A stretch of 64,000 bases of DNA from Flavobacteriaceae bacterium (GCA_049598145.1 JBMYNJ010000003.1:1489-65488); one strand, 5' to 3'; shown: positions 52,583 through 62,683, numbered from the stretch's first letter. The notes: a model not told the origin generated them from the sequence alone. Numbers and translations: made by a program.

Positions 52583-54193
52583 ATGGCCATCAAGTTTTTT
52601 TCTTTGAAAGCTGTAATTATCTGTTCAATAGGCCTGCTATTCCTCCAATGCTCGGACCCTGTAAAAACAAATACTATAGAAGTAGACACCCCCGAAAATC
52701 TTTACGGCGATCTATTTTATGCGGTTCAGTCCAAAGAGGTTTTTCCGGATAGTAAAACTTTTGTCGATCAAGAACCCAAAGTGGGGGTTTCGGTAATTCG
52801 TGAGGCATTTAAAAATTGGGAAGATCGCTCCGAAAAAGGACTTCGGTCATTTGTGGATCAGTATTTTGAACTCCCCAATCCGCAAGTGGATTTTCAGTCA
52901 GATACATTAACCATCGAAAATCACATCCGAAATTTATGGGCCTTTCTCAAACGCAACCAAAATACTCCTAAAAGTGGTACACTGATATCGTTGCCCAATC
53001 CCTACTTAGTCCCTGGAGGACGTTTTCGTGAAGTTTATTATTGGGACAGCTATTTCACGATGCTGGGCTTGCAACAAGATGGGGAAATTGAAACCATTGA
53101 AAATATCGTTGATAATTTTGCTTATTTAATTGAAACGATAGGTTTCATCCCGAATGCCAATCGCACCTATTACAACACACGATCGCAACCCCCGTTTTTT
53201 TCTATGATGGTGGGCATCCTTGCCGAAGAAAAAGGCTTTGAGGTCTGGACCCAATACAAAGACGCTCTGGAAAAAGAATACCAATTCTGGATGGATGGAG
53301 AAGATCAACTCAAGGATCGGCTTAATCACTACCGACGGATCGTTCGGATGCCCGATGGGAGCGTTCTCAACCGCTATTGGGATGATGCCGACACCCCTCG
53401 AGCGGAAAGTTACAAAGAAGACCTTGCCACCGTTCAAAAGGCTTTAGCTCAAGACGCTACCTTGGAGGCCCAGCAAATGTATCGCCACTTGAGAGCTGGT
53501 GCCGAATCGGGTTGGGACTATTCCTCTCGATGGATTCGACCCGATAGTTTGGGGAACTATCATTTGAAAAATATCCACACTACAGACATTGTTCCGGCAG
53601 ACTTAAATGCACTGCTCTATCATTTGGAACAACGCCTGACATTGGTTTATCATATCGAACAAAATCCGGAGAAAAAAGCCTACTATTTTAAACGTGCACA
53701 ATCACGTTTGAATACCGTCCGTAAATATTTATGGTCGGAGACCCATCATTTTTTTATGGACTATGACACTACTTTAGAAACCCATACCCCGGTAATTTCA
53801 GTCGCCGGGATGTACCCTTTAGCCTTTCATATGGGCACCACAAAACAAGCCCTTAAAGCTGCTGAAACCTTTACAGAAGAGTTATTAAAAGAGGGAGGAG
53901 TTGTTTCAACACCCAATGAAACCGGTCAGCAATGGGATGCCCCCAACGGTTGGGCTCCGCTTCAATGGATGAGTATTCAGGGCCTGCGACAATACAATCA
54001 GTTTGAACTCGCTCAGCAAGTAAAAGACCGCTGGTTAAATCAAAATCGGAATGTATTTATTCAAGAATTAAAACTGGTAGAAAAATATGATGTTATGCAT
54101 CTGGATCGGCCCGCAGGCGGAGGAGAATATCCCAATCAAGACGGGTTTGGCTGGACCAATGGGGTATTTCAGCGATTAAATGCTGAAAAATAA
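52583..54193 (+). CDS. treA: GH37 alpha,alpha-trehalase, lipoprotein
   Basis: Both trehalase signatures are present: PGGRFREVYYWDSYF and QWDAPNGWAPLQW. The lipobox is LFLQC. Confidence 0.92.
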   Translation: MAIKFFSLKAVIICSIGLLFLQCSDPVKTNTIEVDTPENLYGDLFYAVQSKEVFPDSKTFVDQEPKVGVSVIREAFKNWEDRSEKGLRSFVDQYFELPNPQVDFQSDTLTIENHIRNLWAFLKRNQNTPKSGTLISLPNPYLVPGGRFREVYYWDSYFTMLGLQQDGEIETIENIVDNFAYLIETIGFIPNANRTYYNTRSQPPFFSMMVGILAEEKGFEVWTQYKDALEKEYQFWMDGEDQLKDRLNHYRRIVRMPDGSVLNRYWDDADTPRAESYKEDLATVQKALAQDATLEAQQMYRHLRAGAESGWDYSSRWIRPDSLGNYHLKNIHTTDIVPADLNALLYHLEQRLTLVYHIEQNPEKKAYYFKRAQSRLNTVRKYLWSETHHFFMDYDTTLETHTPVISVAGMYPLAFHMGTTKQALKAAETFTEELLKEGGVVSTPNETGQQWDAPNGWAPLQWMSIQGLRQYNQFELAQQVKDRWLNQNRNVFIQELKLVEKYDVMHLDRPAGGGEYPNQDGFGWTNGVFQRLNAEK

Positions 54194-54230
54194 TCGTATA
54201 TATCATCATTTATCATTGCAATTGAAGGCT

Positions 54231-56762
54231 ATGCGGTTCAAGATAGTGTGTTTCATAACAATACTCTTTTATAAGTCGCTCGCTGCGCAAAGTCCTCCCG
54301 TATTGAGTGCTACAGGAGATGAGTGGTATTGTGTCAACACCCAACAGCCCATCGTTTCTTCATTTAATTTTCAAGAAGGAACAGAAAATATTGATGGGGT
54401 TTATATTCAGATCAGCGGAGGCTATGAATCTGGTTCCGATCAGCTATTTTTAATTGGAGAGCATCCAAAATTCAGTGCCCAATGGAACGCGACTCAAGCA
54501 AAACTCTCCTTAATCCGCCAAGCAGGAGCTACGGTCAGTGAACTAGAATATGAACAATTGGTACAAGATGTAGTTTTCGAATCTTCCAATCCCAACCCGA
54601 GTGGTACCCGAATCTTTTCCATTACGGCAGGATCGGCCAATTATTTACCTCTAACAGGACATTATTATGAATTTGTTCCGGACACCAATGTGCTTTGGAC
54701 CCAAGCCAAAGAAAGAGCAGCAACACGAACTTATTTTGGTCTTCAAGGCTACTTAGCTACCCTTACCCAAGCCGAAGAAGCCAAATTTGCTGGAGAGCTT
54801 AGTGCGGGTACTGGCTGGATTGGCGCTACGGACAAAGATGTGGAGGGCAAATGGATTTGGGATACGGGACCCGAAGCGGGACAACTTTTTTGGGATAACG
54901 GAACTCCCATTGCTTACTCGTTTTGGAATTCAGGTGAACCCAACAACTCAAATGGGATTGAACATTATGCCCATATTACCGACAATTCGATCGGTATTTT
55001 AGGTTCCTGGAACGACTTGCCCAACGAAACATCTACCAGTGGCCCTTATCAGGCCAAAGGTTATATGGTAGAATATGGAGGGATGCCAGGCGAAGCGGAT
55101 TTGGATATCGCTGTAAGCACCCAACTCCGCATTCCGCAAGTATTAAGCACGACCGCATTCGAAGCCTGTGAGGGAGTACCCGTAGTGCTCACCGCAGCTG
55201 GAAATACAGGGGAACCGCTCCGATGGTATGCTCAGGCAGACGATCTCTCGCCCCTTTACGTTGGAAATGTTTTTAGTCCGAATATTACTAGTAGTACCCT
55301 CTTTTGGGTGGAAGCGCCAACTGCTAACTGTACTAAGGGTCCCCGACTCCCTGTTCAAGTGAATATCCAATCCCCACCTGAATTGATTAACACTTTGGTG
55401 ATCCAAGAACAATGCGACAATGACACCTCCAATGACGGAATAGCTGTGTTTAACTTAAACGTGTTTAAGCCTCTTATTTCTGAAAACTATCCCCAAGAAA
55501 CCTTTCGTTACTTCAGTGATCCTCAAAAAACTCCGGAGAGTGAAATTTTCAATTTAGCTACTTTTGAAAATCAAGCCTTTGAGCAGCGAATTTACGTCAG
55601 TGTTTTAAACACTACAGGCTGTGAAAATAATGCCGAAATCGTCCTTAAGGTCGGAGCCAGCACGATCGATGGTAGTTTTAATAAAGTGTTTACCATTTGT
55701 GAATCTGTAACCAAAACAACTTCTCCGGGGATCGAATCTTGGGAGGGACAACCCTTTGCACAAATGGCACTCCAACTGATGGTTTCTGATCCAAAATACA
55801 TGGAACAAAACGTAACACTCAAGTTATACCGCAATGAAAACGATGCCATTTTGCAACGTAATCCACTGGAATACACCAACGCTAATTTCAGTTTTTTAAT
55901 GGATGAACCTTACGAACAACAAATCTGGGCACGCGTGGATAATTTGAACTTAAATGAGGTCGAGTGTTTGGGAATCAGCCCTATAGGTACCCTCAAAGTA
56001 GAAGCGCTTCCCAATTTTGAGCGCTTGGATGCTACGGAAGTTATTTGTTCGAATATTGGCCCCGAAGTGTTGGAAGTCCGTTCGGTCGATAATCGACCCT
56101 ACACCTACACTTGGTATCTAAATGGTGAACCAATCGTTCCTAATAATCCGTTGGCAACACAAAGGATTGTAGTAGACCGGGAAGGGCTTTATGAAGTGGT
56201 TGCCCAGAATACCGAGGGTACCTTATGCGAATCTAGTATACAATTTACGATTAAGGAATCTTCACCTGCCATCTTAGGATTAGAAAATTTGACCGTTACC
56301 GATTTACAAGAATCCAACAACACATTACTAATTGATGCTTCAGGGCTTGAAATTGAAGACTACGGATTTTCAATTGATGCTCCGGGCGGTCCTTTTCAAC
56401 AAGACCTACTCTTTGAGAATATACTTCCAGGAATTCATCGGCTTTATGTGAGCAATACCTCGGGCTGTGGAAATATTTATATAGAGTTTTCAGTTTTGGG
56501 ATACGATACATTTTTTACGCCAAATCAAGATGGATTTAATGATTATTGGAATGTTCAAGGGATTAACGAAGACTTTCAGCCCGAGACCCTAATTTATATT
56601 TTCGATCGCAATGGGGTGTTGCTCCATTCCCTTGACCCCTTAAGTGAAGGCTGGGACGGTACCTATAATGGTAGACCGCTACCGGCAGACGACTATTGGT
56701 TTCGAATACAGTTTCAGGATGGACGATTGATCCAAGGACATTTTAGCTTAATTCGAGGATAA
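54231..56762 (+). CDS. large secreted protein with a C-type lectin domain and a T9SS type B (gliding-motility-associated) C-terminal sorting domain
   Basis: The start is trimmed to MRFKIVCFITILFYKSLAAQ. The CTLD at 54657-55083 has WIGATDKDVEGKWIWD, GEPNN and WND. The C-terminus FFTPNQDGFNDYWNVQGI...DRNGVLLHSL...GWDGTYNGRPLPADDYWFRIQF...GHFSLIRG (about 56511-56759) fits the type B CTD pattern. Confidence 0.85.
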   Translation: MRFKIVCFITILFYKSLAAQSPPVLSATGDEWYCVNTQQPIVSSFNFQEGTENIDGVYIQISGGYESGSDQLFLIGEHPKFSAQWNATQAKLSLIRQAGATVSELEYEQLVQDVVFESSNPNPSGTRIFSITAGSANYLPLTGHYYEFVPDTNVLWTQAKERAATRTYFGLQGYLATLTQAEEAKFAGELSAGTGWIGATDKDVEGKWIWDTGPEAGQLFWDNGTPIAYSFWNSGEPNNSNGIEHYAHITDNSIGILGSWNDLPNETSTSGPYQAKGYMVEYGGMPGEADLDIAVSTQLRIPQVLSTTAFEACEGVPVVLTAAGNTGEPLRWYAQADDLSPLYVGNVFSPNITSSTLFWVEAPTANCTKGPRLPVQVNIQSPPELINTLVIQEQCDNDTSNDGIAVFNLNVFKPLISENYPQETFRYFSDPQKTPESEIFNLATFENQAFEQRIYVSVLNTTGCENNAEIVLKVGASTIDGSFNKVFTICESVTKTTSPGIESWEGQPFAQMALQLMVSDPKYMEQNVTLKLYRNENDAILQRNPLEYTNANFSFLMDEPYEQQIWARVDNLNLNEVECLGISPIGTLKVEALPNFERLDATEVICSNIGPEVLEVRSVDNRPYTYTWYLNGEPIVPNNPLATQRIVVDREGLYEVVAQNTEGTLCESSIQFTIKESSPAILGLENLTVTDLQESNNTLLIDASGLEIEDYGFSIDAPGGPFQQDLLFENILPGIHRLYVSNTSGCGNIYIEFSVLGYDTFFTPNQDGFNDYWNVQGINEDFQPETLIYIFDRNGVLLHSLDPLSEGWDGTYNGRPLPADDYWFRIQFQDGRLIQGHFSLIRG

Positions 56763-57761
56763 GTGTATAAAAAACTCACATTCTTAATCTTATGTTGCTT
56801 CCTGAACTCCCTTTGGAGTCAAGAAGATCTGCCATTATACCAAGATTATTTGAGTGAGAACTACTATGTTGTTCATCCGGCTATGCTTGGACACAATCTC
56901 ACTAAAATCCGAGTAGCTACTGGCTTAAGAAAACAGTGGTTGAATCAAAAAAAATCTCCGACTACCCAACTGTTAAGTTTAGAGTATAATCCCAATCCTA
57001 AAAATGGGTTGGGCTTGTTGGTCTACAACGATTCCAACGGGTACAATTCCCTTCAAGCTACCTATGTCACCTACAGCTACCGGATCTACTTCAACAATGA
57101 ATTCTGGAATACTCGAAGGAGTTACCCCACCAAAAACGACAATATTAACGAATTACGCTTTGGGATCAGTGCCGGGCGCATCAACCGGCAATGGAACCGC
57201 AGTCATATCGATCCCAGACTTTACGACCCCTTAATCGGAATTGATCGGCCCAATTTTAACGACTTTCTGACCTTTGATGTAGGAATGGCCTATTTAACTA
57301 CGCGCTTTTCCATTCAAGCCACGGTAAAAAACCTGGCCTTTAGCCCGATGAAAAGTAACCCCTACCAAGATTTAGAGTTGAGTCGTTCGATAAATTTTAG
57401 ACGCTATCTCTTGGGTGTTCAATATGAATTTTACACCTTGGATGGGTGGAATTTTGAACCTTCTATTTTATTTCAACACAGCCAACAAAACCACCAAAAC
57501 CTCCTTGATCTCAACTTTAAAGTTTTTCGAATATTAGGCAATGGAAGGCTTTGGGGCGGATTTTCTTATCGTCGAAATGATATTGGCACTCCCTATTCGG
57601 TCGGGGAAAATGCTCAAAGTCAGTCCTTTCAACAATGGGCTCCTATTTTAGGATTAAACCTCAGAAATTGGTCGTTCACATATTTTATGTGTAATACCAT
57701 TGGAGAGATCGCTTTCCTCCCTCCTGGAATCCATACGCTGCAGTTGGCCTTTGTTCTCTAA
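56763..57761 (+). CDS. PorP/SprF-family type IX secretion membrane protein
   Basis: 332 aa with a GTG start directly abutting the lectin gene's TAA. Signal peptide, then QEDLPLYQDYLSENYYVVHPAMLG...RKQW...SPTTQLLS, matching the PorP/SprF N-terminal pattern. Confidence 0.8.
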   Translation: MYKKLTFLILCCFLNSLWSQEDLPLYQDYLSENYYVVHPAMLGHNLTKIRVATGLRKQWLNQKKSPTTQLLSLEYNPNPKNGLGLLVYNDSNGYNSLQATYVTYSYRIYFNNEFWNTRRSYPTKNDNINELRFGISAGRINRQWNRSHIDPRLYDPLIGIDRPNFNDFLTFDVGMAYLTTRFSIQATVKNLAFSPMKSNPYQDLELSRSINFRRYLLGVQYEFYTLDGWNFEPSILFQHSQQNHQNLLDLNFKVFRILGNGRLWGGFSYRRNDIGTPYSVGENAQSQSFQQWAPILGLNLRNWSFTYFMCNTIGEIAFLPPGIHTLQLAFVL

Positions 57762-57773
57762 AGGATAATTCCA

Positions 57774-58289
57774 CTAAATAAACAAAATAATAAGGGTCAG
57801 GATCATCCCCGCAAGACTGAAGTATAAACCTTTTTTAAAGATAGACGTTTGGGGTAAAAACATCCAAAAAGAGGATCCTACAAAAAACAATAAAGACAAC
57901 CCAAAACTGATATTCAGCCAATAGATGGGGCTTTTGGTGGTCGCCTTATGGAGTTTGGTCATTTTCTCGAGCAAGAAAGGCAGTTTCATTTGAGTATATT
58001 GGGCTTTCCCTGTAGCTTTATTATAGCTTCCCTCTGAATTAAAATAAACCCAATCGCCTTCCGAACGTTCAATTGAAAGATCGCTTATATTAAGGGCTTT
58101 GCTCAGCTCCGCTTCATCCAAAAGTGGCGCTACCTCAACCAAAACTGTCGTAGGACGTTTAAATGTATCCCCTTTACGGAAGATTAATACAATTCCGCTA
58201 ATGGCATAAACTGCCATAACCCCGGCTAAGAAAAAACCGAGGTAACGGTGGAAAATTCGCATATAAAAATTCGTGTCTTTCTTCACCAA
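57774..58289 (-). CDS. small PepSY-TM-like membrane protein, 171 aa
   Basis: FHRYLGFFLAGVMAVYAISGIVLIF resembles a PepSY-associated TM helix. There is a second His-containing segment (KLHKATT) and C-terminal TM helices. The gene starts 17 nt downstream of the aconitase stop. Confidence 0.55.
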   Translation of the reverse strand: MVKKDTNFYMRIFHRYLGFFLAGVMAVYAISGIVLIFRKGDTFKRPTTVLVEVAPLLDEAELSKALNISDLSIERSEGDWVYFNSEGSYNKATGKAQYTQMKLPFLLEKMTKLHKATTKSPIYWLNISFGLSLLFFVGSSFWMFLPQTSIFKKGLYFSLAGMILTLIILFI

Positions 58290-58306
58290 TTTTTAATTAA
58301 TAGGGT

Positions 58307-60574
58307 TTAAGCGGCGTTTTGCTTCTTAATCAAATTTAAAGCAGAACCTTCTTTAAACCATTCGATTTGCTGGGCATTATAAGTATGTTCTGCGATGACG
58401 GTATCCGTGGTCCCATTAGCGTGAGTTACCTCAATCGTCAAAGGTTTCCCGGGTGCAAATGCCTCTAGGTCGGTAAAACTGAAAGTGTCGTCTTCCTGAA
58501 TTAAGTCATAATCGGATTCATTCTGGAAGGTAATTCCAAGCATGCCTTGCTTTTTGAGGTTGGTTTCATGGATCCGAGCAAAAGATTTTACCAAAACCAC
58601 ACGAACCCCTAAATGACGTGGTTCCATGGCTGCGTGTTCGCGAGAAGAGCCCTCTCCATAGTTGTGGTCTCCTACCACTATTGTTGGGATTCCGGCAGCT
58701 TTATAGGCCCGTTGAACATCCGGTACACCCCCATATTCGCCGCTCAATTGGTTTTTAACAAAGTTGGTCTTCTGGTTAAAAGCATTGACCGCACCAATGA
58801 GACAGTTGTTAGAAATATTGTCTAAATGCCCTCTAAATCGCAACCAAGGTCCTGCCATGGAAATGTGGTCGGTCGTACATTTTCCATGCGCCTTAATCAA
58901 TAGTTTTGCACCGTTGATGTTTTGCCCATCCCAGGGGGCAAATGGAGTTAATAGTTGTAAGCGTTCAGATGTTTCCTTGACTACCACTTCTACTCCCGAC
59001 CCATCTTCTTGAGGGGCCAAGTAACCGTTTTCTTCTACGGCAAAGCCTTTGGGAGGAAGTTCCATTCCTTGAGGGGCTTCAAGCATGACCTCGTCTCCGT
59101 CTTGATTGATCAAAGTATCCGTCATCGGGTTAAAATCCAAACGCCCTGAAATAGCCACAGCAGCCACCATTTCAGGAGAAGCAACAAAGGCATGGGTATT
59201 CGGGTTTCCATCAGCTCGTTTCGAAAAGTTTCGGTTAAACGAATGAATGATAGAATTCTTCTCTTGTTTGTCGGCACCTTCACGATCCCATTGTCCGATA
59301 CATGGACCACAGGCGTTGGTGAATATTTTGGCATTTAAATCTTCAAATATTCCTAAAAGTCCGTCTCTTTCAGCCGTGTAACGTACTTGCTCGGAGCCAG
59401 GGTTAATTCCAAATTCAGCTTTAGTGACCAATTTTTTATCTACGGCTTGCTTGGCAATCGATGCTGCGCGAGACAGGTCTTCGTAGGAAGAGTTTGTACA
59501 AGATCCGATAAGTCCCCATTCCACTTGTATGGGCCAATCGTTTTCTTTGGCTTTGGCCCTCATTTGATCGACTGGGGTAGCCAAATCGGGCGTAAAGGGC
59601 CCGTTCAGATGCGGTCGTAATGTGCTCAGGTCAATTTCTATCACTTGATCGAAATACTGCTCTGGTTGAGCATACACTTCGGGGTCTGCTGTGAGGTGTT
59701 GACGAACGCTGTTTGCTGCATCGGCCACATCATTTCGTCCGGTAGAGCGTAAATAACGTTCCATAGATTCATCGTAGCCAAAGGTAGAGGTCGTGGCTCC
59801 TACCTCGGCACCCATATTACAGATGGTTCCTTTACCTGTACAGGACATGGCTGTAGCACCTTCTCCAAAGTATTCTATAATCGCTCCGGTTCCCCCTTTT
59901 ACCGTCAGAATCCCAGCCACTTTTAGGATTACATCTTTTGGGGCGGTCCATCCATTCAACTTTCCAGTGAGTTTTACGCCAATAAGTTTCGGGAATTTAA
60001 GTTCCCAAGGCATTCCGGCCATCACATCGACTGCATCTGCACCTCCCACACCAATCGCCAACATTCCTAGACCTCCCGCATTAACCGTATGAGAATCAGT
60101 TCCGATCATCATCCCACCCGGGAAGGCATAATTTTCAAGAACTACCTGATGAATAATTCCAGCACCCGGTTTCCAAAACCCGATGCCGTATTTGTTTGAA
60201 ACAGACTCTAAAAAGTTAAATACCTCTGCCGAGGTGGCATTGGCGGACTTCAAGTCTACTGCTGCTCCTTCTTTGGCTTGAATCAAATGATCGCAATGTA
60301 CTGTTGTTGGGACAGCCACTTTAGGTTTCCCGGCTTGCATAAATTGTAAAAGAGCCATCTGAGCAGTAGCATCTTGACATGCAATTCGGTCGGGTGCAAA
60401 ATCTACATAGTCTATCCCACGCCCATATGGAGCTGGCGGTAAATTATTCCACAAATGATTGTACAATATTTTTTCCGAAGCTGTGAGCGGTTTTCCGAGT
60501 AAATCACGAGCTGCTTGAACATTCCCTTCGAGTTGGGAATATACTTTATTAATCATTTCGATGTCAAAAGCCAT
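58307..60574 (-). CDS. acnA: aconitate hydratase, mitochondrial-type (about 755 aa)
   Basis: [17 protein letters not shown] and GTDSHT are present, with Fe-S cluster cysteines in GSCTNSS and [10 protein letters not shown]. Confidence 0.93.
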   Translation of the reverse strand: MAFDIEMINKVYSQLEGNVQAARDLLGKPLTASEKILYNHLWNNLPPAPYGRGIDYVDFAPDRIACQDATAQMALLQFMQAGKPKVAVPTTVHCDHLIQAKEGAAVDLKSANATSAEVFNFLESVSNKYGIGFWKPGAGIIHQVVLENYAFPGGMMIGTDSHTVNAGGLGMLAIGVGGADAVDVMAGMPWELKFPKLIGVKLTGKLNGWTAPKDVILKVAGILTVKGGTGAIIEYFGEGATAMSCTGKGTICNMGAEVGATTSTFGYDESMERYLRSTGRNDVADAANSVRQHLTADPEVYAQPEQYFDQVIEIDLSTLRPHLNGPFTPDLATPVDQMRAKAKENDWPIQVEWGLIGSCTNSSYEDLSRAASIAKQAVDKKLVTKAEFGINPGSEQVRYTAERDGLLGIFEDLNAKIFTNACGPCIGQWDREGADKQEKNSIIHSFNRNFSKRADGNPNTHAFVASPEMVAAVAISGRLDFNPMTDTLINQDGDEVMLEAPQGMELPPKGFAVEENGYLAPQEDGSGVEVVVKETSERLQLLTPFAPWDGQNINGAKLLIKAHGKCTTDHISMAGPWLRFRGHLDNISNNCLIGAVNAFNQKTNFVKNQLSGEYGGVPDVQRAYKAAGIPTIVVGDHNYGEGSSREHAAMEPRHLGVRVVLVKSFARIHETNLKKQGMLGITFQNESDYDLIQEDDTFSFTDLEAFAPGKPLTIEVTHANGTTDTVIAEHTYNAQQIEWFKEGSALNLIKKQNAA

Positions 60575-60636
60575 AATATATGTTTAAATTCTACCCAAAA
60601 TAACGAAAAACCCCCCAGATTATTTCGCTTATACAC

Positions 60637-60659
60637 ATAGGTTTTTATGATAAACCTAT
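60637..60659. promoter_or_regulatory. perfect 8-bp inverted repeat (ATAGGTTT-N7-AAACCTAT) upstream of aconitase; possible operator
   Basis: Read directly from the sequence. It lies 63-85 nt upstream of the acnA start codon, in a region whose only apparent role is as the acnA 5' flank. Confidence 0.3.
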
Positions 60660-60745
60660 CAATTTGTGGTATCCCTATCTAGAGAAAGTTTATTTTTTCA
60701 AATTCCAATATAAATACTTCAGTAACTGAAAATCTAGAGCTTAAA

Positions 60746-60781
60746 ACACAAATAACCATCGCAATGGATGGCTATTTGTGT
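60746..60781 (-). terminator. terminator hairpin downstream of the sodium:solute symporter gene
   Basis: A 15-bp stem with one mismatch (ACACAAATAACCATC / GATGGCTATTTGTGT) and a 6-nt loop. It begins 14 nt after the stop codon, and the minus-strand tail is moderately T-rich. Confidence 0.6.
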
Positions 60782-60794
60782 GAGATAAAATCTT

Positions 60795-62456
60795 TTACCA
60801 GAAAAAGGCATAAAGACCGGCTAATACAATCATTAATGCAAAAGAACCGATGTTAAACACTGCAGAAGTATCGAATATTCCTTTTCCAAGAGGGATACCC
60901 TTGGGATCGTCTTGGTCTTTGTTCTCCCGAAGACTGACGACGGCAATCACAATCATGGATAGTATAGCAGTAAGTCCCATTTGATCCAAAAAGGGTAGGG
61001 TCGGAAAGAGCCCTTCCATCGCTGAACCAGCCATCCATCCTTTGGGTCCCACTTTAAAGAACAGAGCAATCGGGATAGAAGCCAAAGCGCCGTAGATAGC
61101 TCCTTTGTTGGAAGTTTTTTTCCAGAACAAGCCCAATACAAAAACAGCTAAGATTCCAGGACTGACCACTCCGGTGTATTCCTGAATGAATTGGAATGCC
61201 TGATCGATACCTCCCAAAAGCGGTGCCATAATCGTCGCGATAATTAAGGCGACAAAGGCCGAAATACGCCCCACATTCACGGTTTGCTTTTCATCGGCAT
61301 TGGGGTTGATGAGCTGCTTATAGATATCCATTGTAAAGATGGTTGCAGTCGAATTTAGCATAGACGCTAAAGAAGAAACGATGGCAGCCGCCAAGGCAGC
61401 AATCGCAATTCCCTTCAATCCGGAAGGCAAAAATTGCATCAACCAAGGATAAGCTTTGTCTGCAGCACCTGCGGTAGGCATATTTGACATCCCAGACTCT
61501 CCCAATGAACCTAAAAGACTCGGATCATTGACAATTACATAGGCCGCTATACCAGGGATAACTACAATTAAAGGAATAATCATTTTTAGTCCTGCTGCAA
61601 ATAAGATTCCCTTTTGAGATTCTTCTAAAGATTTGGCAGCTAAAGTTCTTTGGATGATGTACTGATTAAAGCCCCAATAGTAAAGATTAGCAATCCACAT
61701 TCCACCAATAAGCACTCCAATCCCGGGGAGGTTCATATATTCAGGATTACTTTTTTCAAGGATCATATCAAATTTTTCGGGTACCGCCTGATATATTGCA
61801 CTGAGTCCTTCCAAAAAGCCTTCACCTCCAGAGACCGTGTTGAGTGCCAAATAGGTCGTTACTAATCCTCCGAGTACCAACACCACTACCTGAATAATAT
61901 CGGTCCAAGCCACTGCAGAAAGTCCGCCATAAAGCGAATAAGCAGCTGCAAATGCGGCTAACCCAATAACTCCGGTAAGCATGTCGATTCCTAGAATGGT
62001 CTGCAAGGCTAAACCTCCTAGATACATGACAGAGGCAAGGTTCACAAAAACGTATAAACCGATCCAAAAAACGGCTAATATAGTTTTCAGCTGGCTCGAA
62101 AATCGCTTTTCAACAAATTCTGGAATGGTGTAGAGTTTCTTTTCAATAAATATGGGTAAGAAAAATTTTCCAACAATAATAAGTGTTAGCGCGGCCATCC
62201 ATTCGTATGTGGCAATAGCCAAGCCACCTGCGAAGCCCGAACCGGACATACCTATAAACTGTTCGGCGGAAATATTTGCGGCAATTAAAGAGGCTCCAAT
62301 TGCCCACCAAGGAAGGGATTTACTGGCCAAAAAATAATCTTCTGCACTCTTGGTTTCCCCTTTTTTGCTCCGGGAAACCCATAACCCCACTCCTAAAATG
62401 ACAACGGCATAAAGGGCAAAGACAGTGTAGTCCAGAGTAGTAAAACTAGTATTCAT
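60795..62456 (-). CDS. sodium:solute symporter (SSS family, SGLT-like sugar transporter)
   Basis: A 553-aa polytopic protein. YFLASKSLPWWAIGASLIAANISAEQFIGMSGSGF is typical of SGLT-type SSS proteins. Confidence 0.85.
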   Translation of the reverse strand: MNTSFTTLDYTVFALYAVVILGVGLWVSRSKKGETKSAEDYFLASKSLPWWAIGASLIAANISAEQFIGMSGSGFAGGLAIATYEWMAALTLIIVGKFFLPIFIEKKLYTIPEFVEKRFSSQLKTILAVFWIGLYVFVNLASVMYLGGLALQTILGIDMLTGVIGLAAFAAAYSLYGGLSAVAWTDIIQVVVLVLGGLVTTYLALNTVSGGEGFLEGLSAIYQAVPEKFDMILEKSNPEYMNLPGIGVLIGGMWIANLYYWGFNQYIIQRTLAAKSLEESQKGILFAAGLKMIIPLIVVIPGIAAYVIVNDPSLLGSLGESGMSNMPTAGAADKAYPWLMQFLPSGLKGIAIAALAAAIVSSLASMLNSTATIFTMDIYKQLINPNADEKQTVNVGRISAFVALIIATIMAPLLGGIDQAFQFIQEYTGVVSPGILAVFVLGLFWKKTSNKGAIYGALASIPIALFFKVGPKGWMAGSAMEGLFPTLPFLDQMGLTAILSMIVIAVVSLRENKDQDDPKGIPLGKGIFDTSAVFNIGSFALMIVLAGLYAFFW

Positions 62457-62623
62457 TTGATTTGTTTGTTAATGGAAACGTGGAGTGTACTGCGGACAGT
62501 CAAAATTCTACATTTCGTTGGTTTCACCTGCAAAATAGAAAATTTTCGAGAACCTAAACATGGATCATCAAACCTAAATAAGAATTAAACCCTCTTGGAT
62601 TTTAGTTAAAAAATGAAAACACC

Positions 62624-62631
62624 TAAATTTG
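62624..62631 (+). promoter_or_regulatory. candidate -7 promoter box (TAAATTTG) for the small membrane protein gene
   Basis: An exact TAnnTTTG 52 nt upstream of the ATG at 62684. Confidence 0.35.
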
Positions 62632-62683
62632 TTGCGGAATTATTAAAAAAAATAAAACACTCCGTGTTTTGTTTTGGGTGTTT

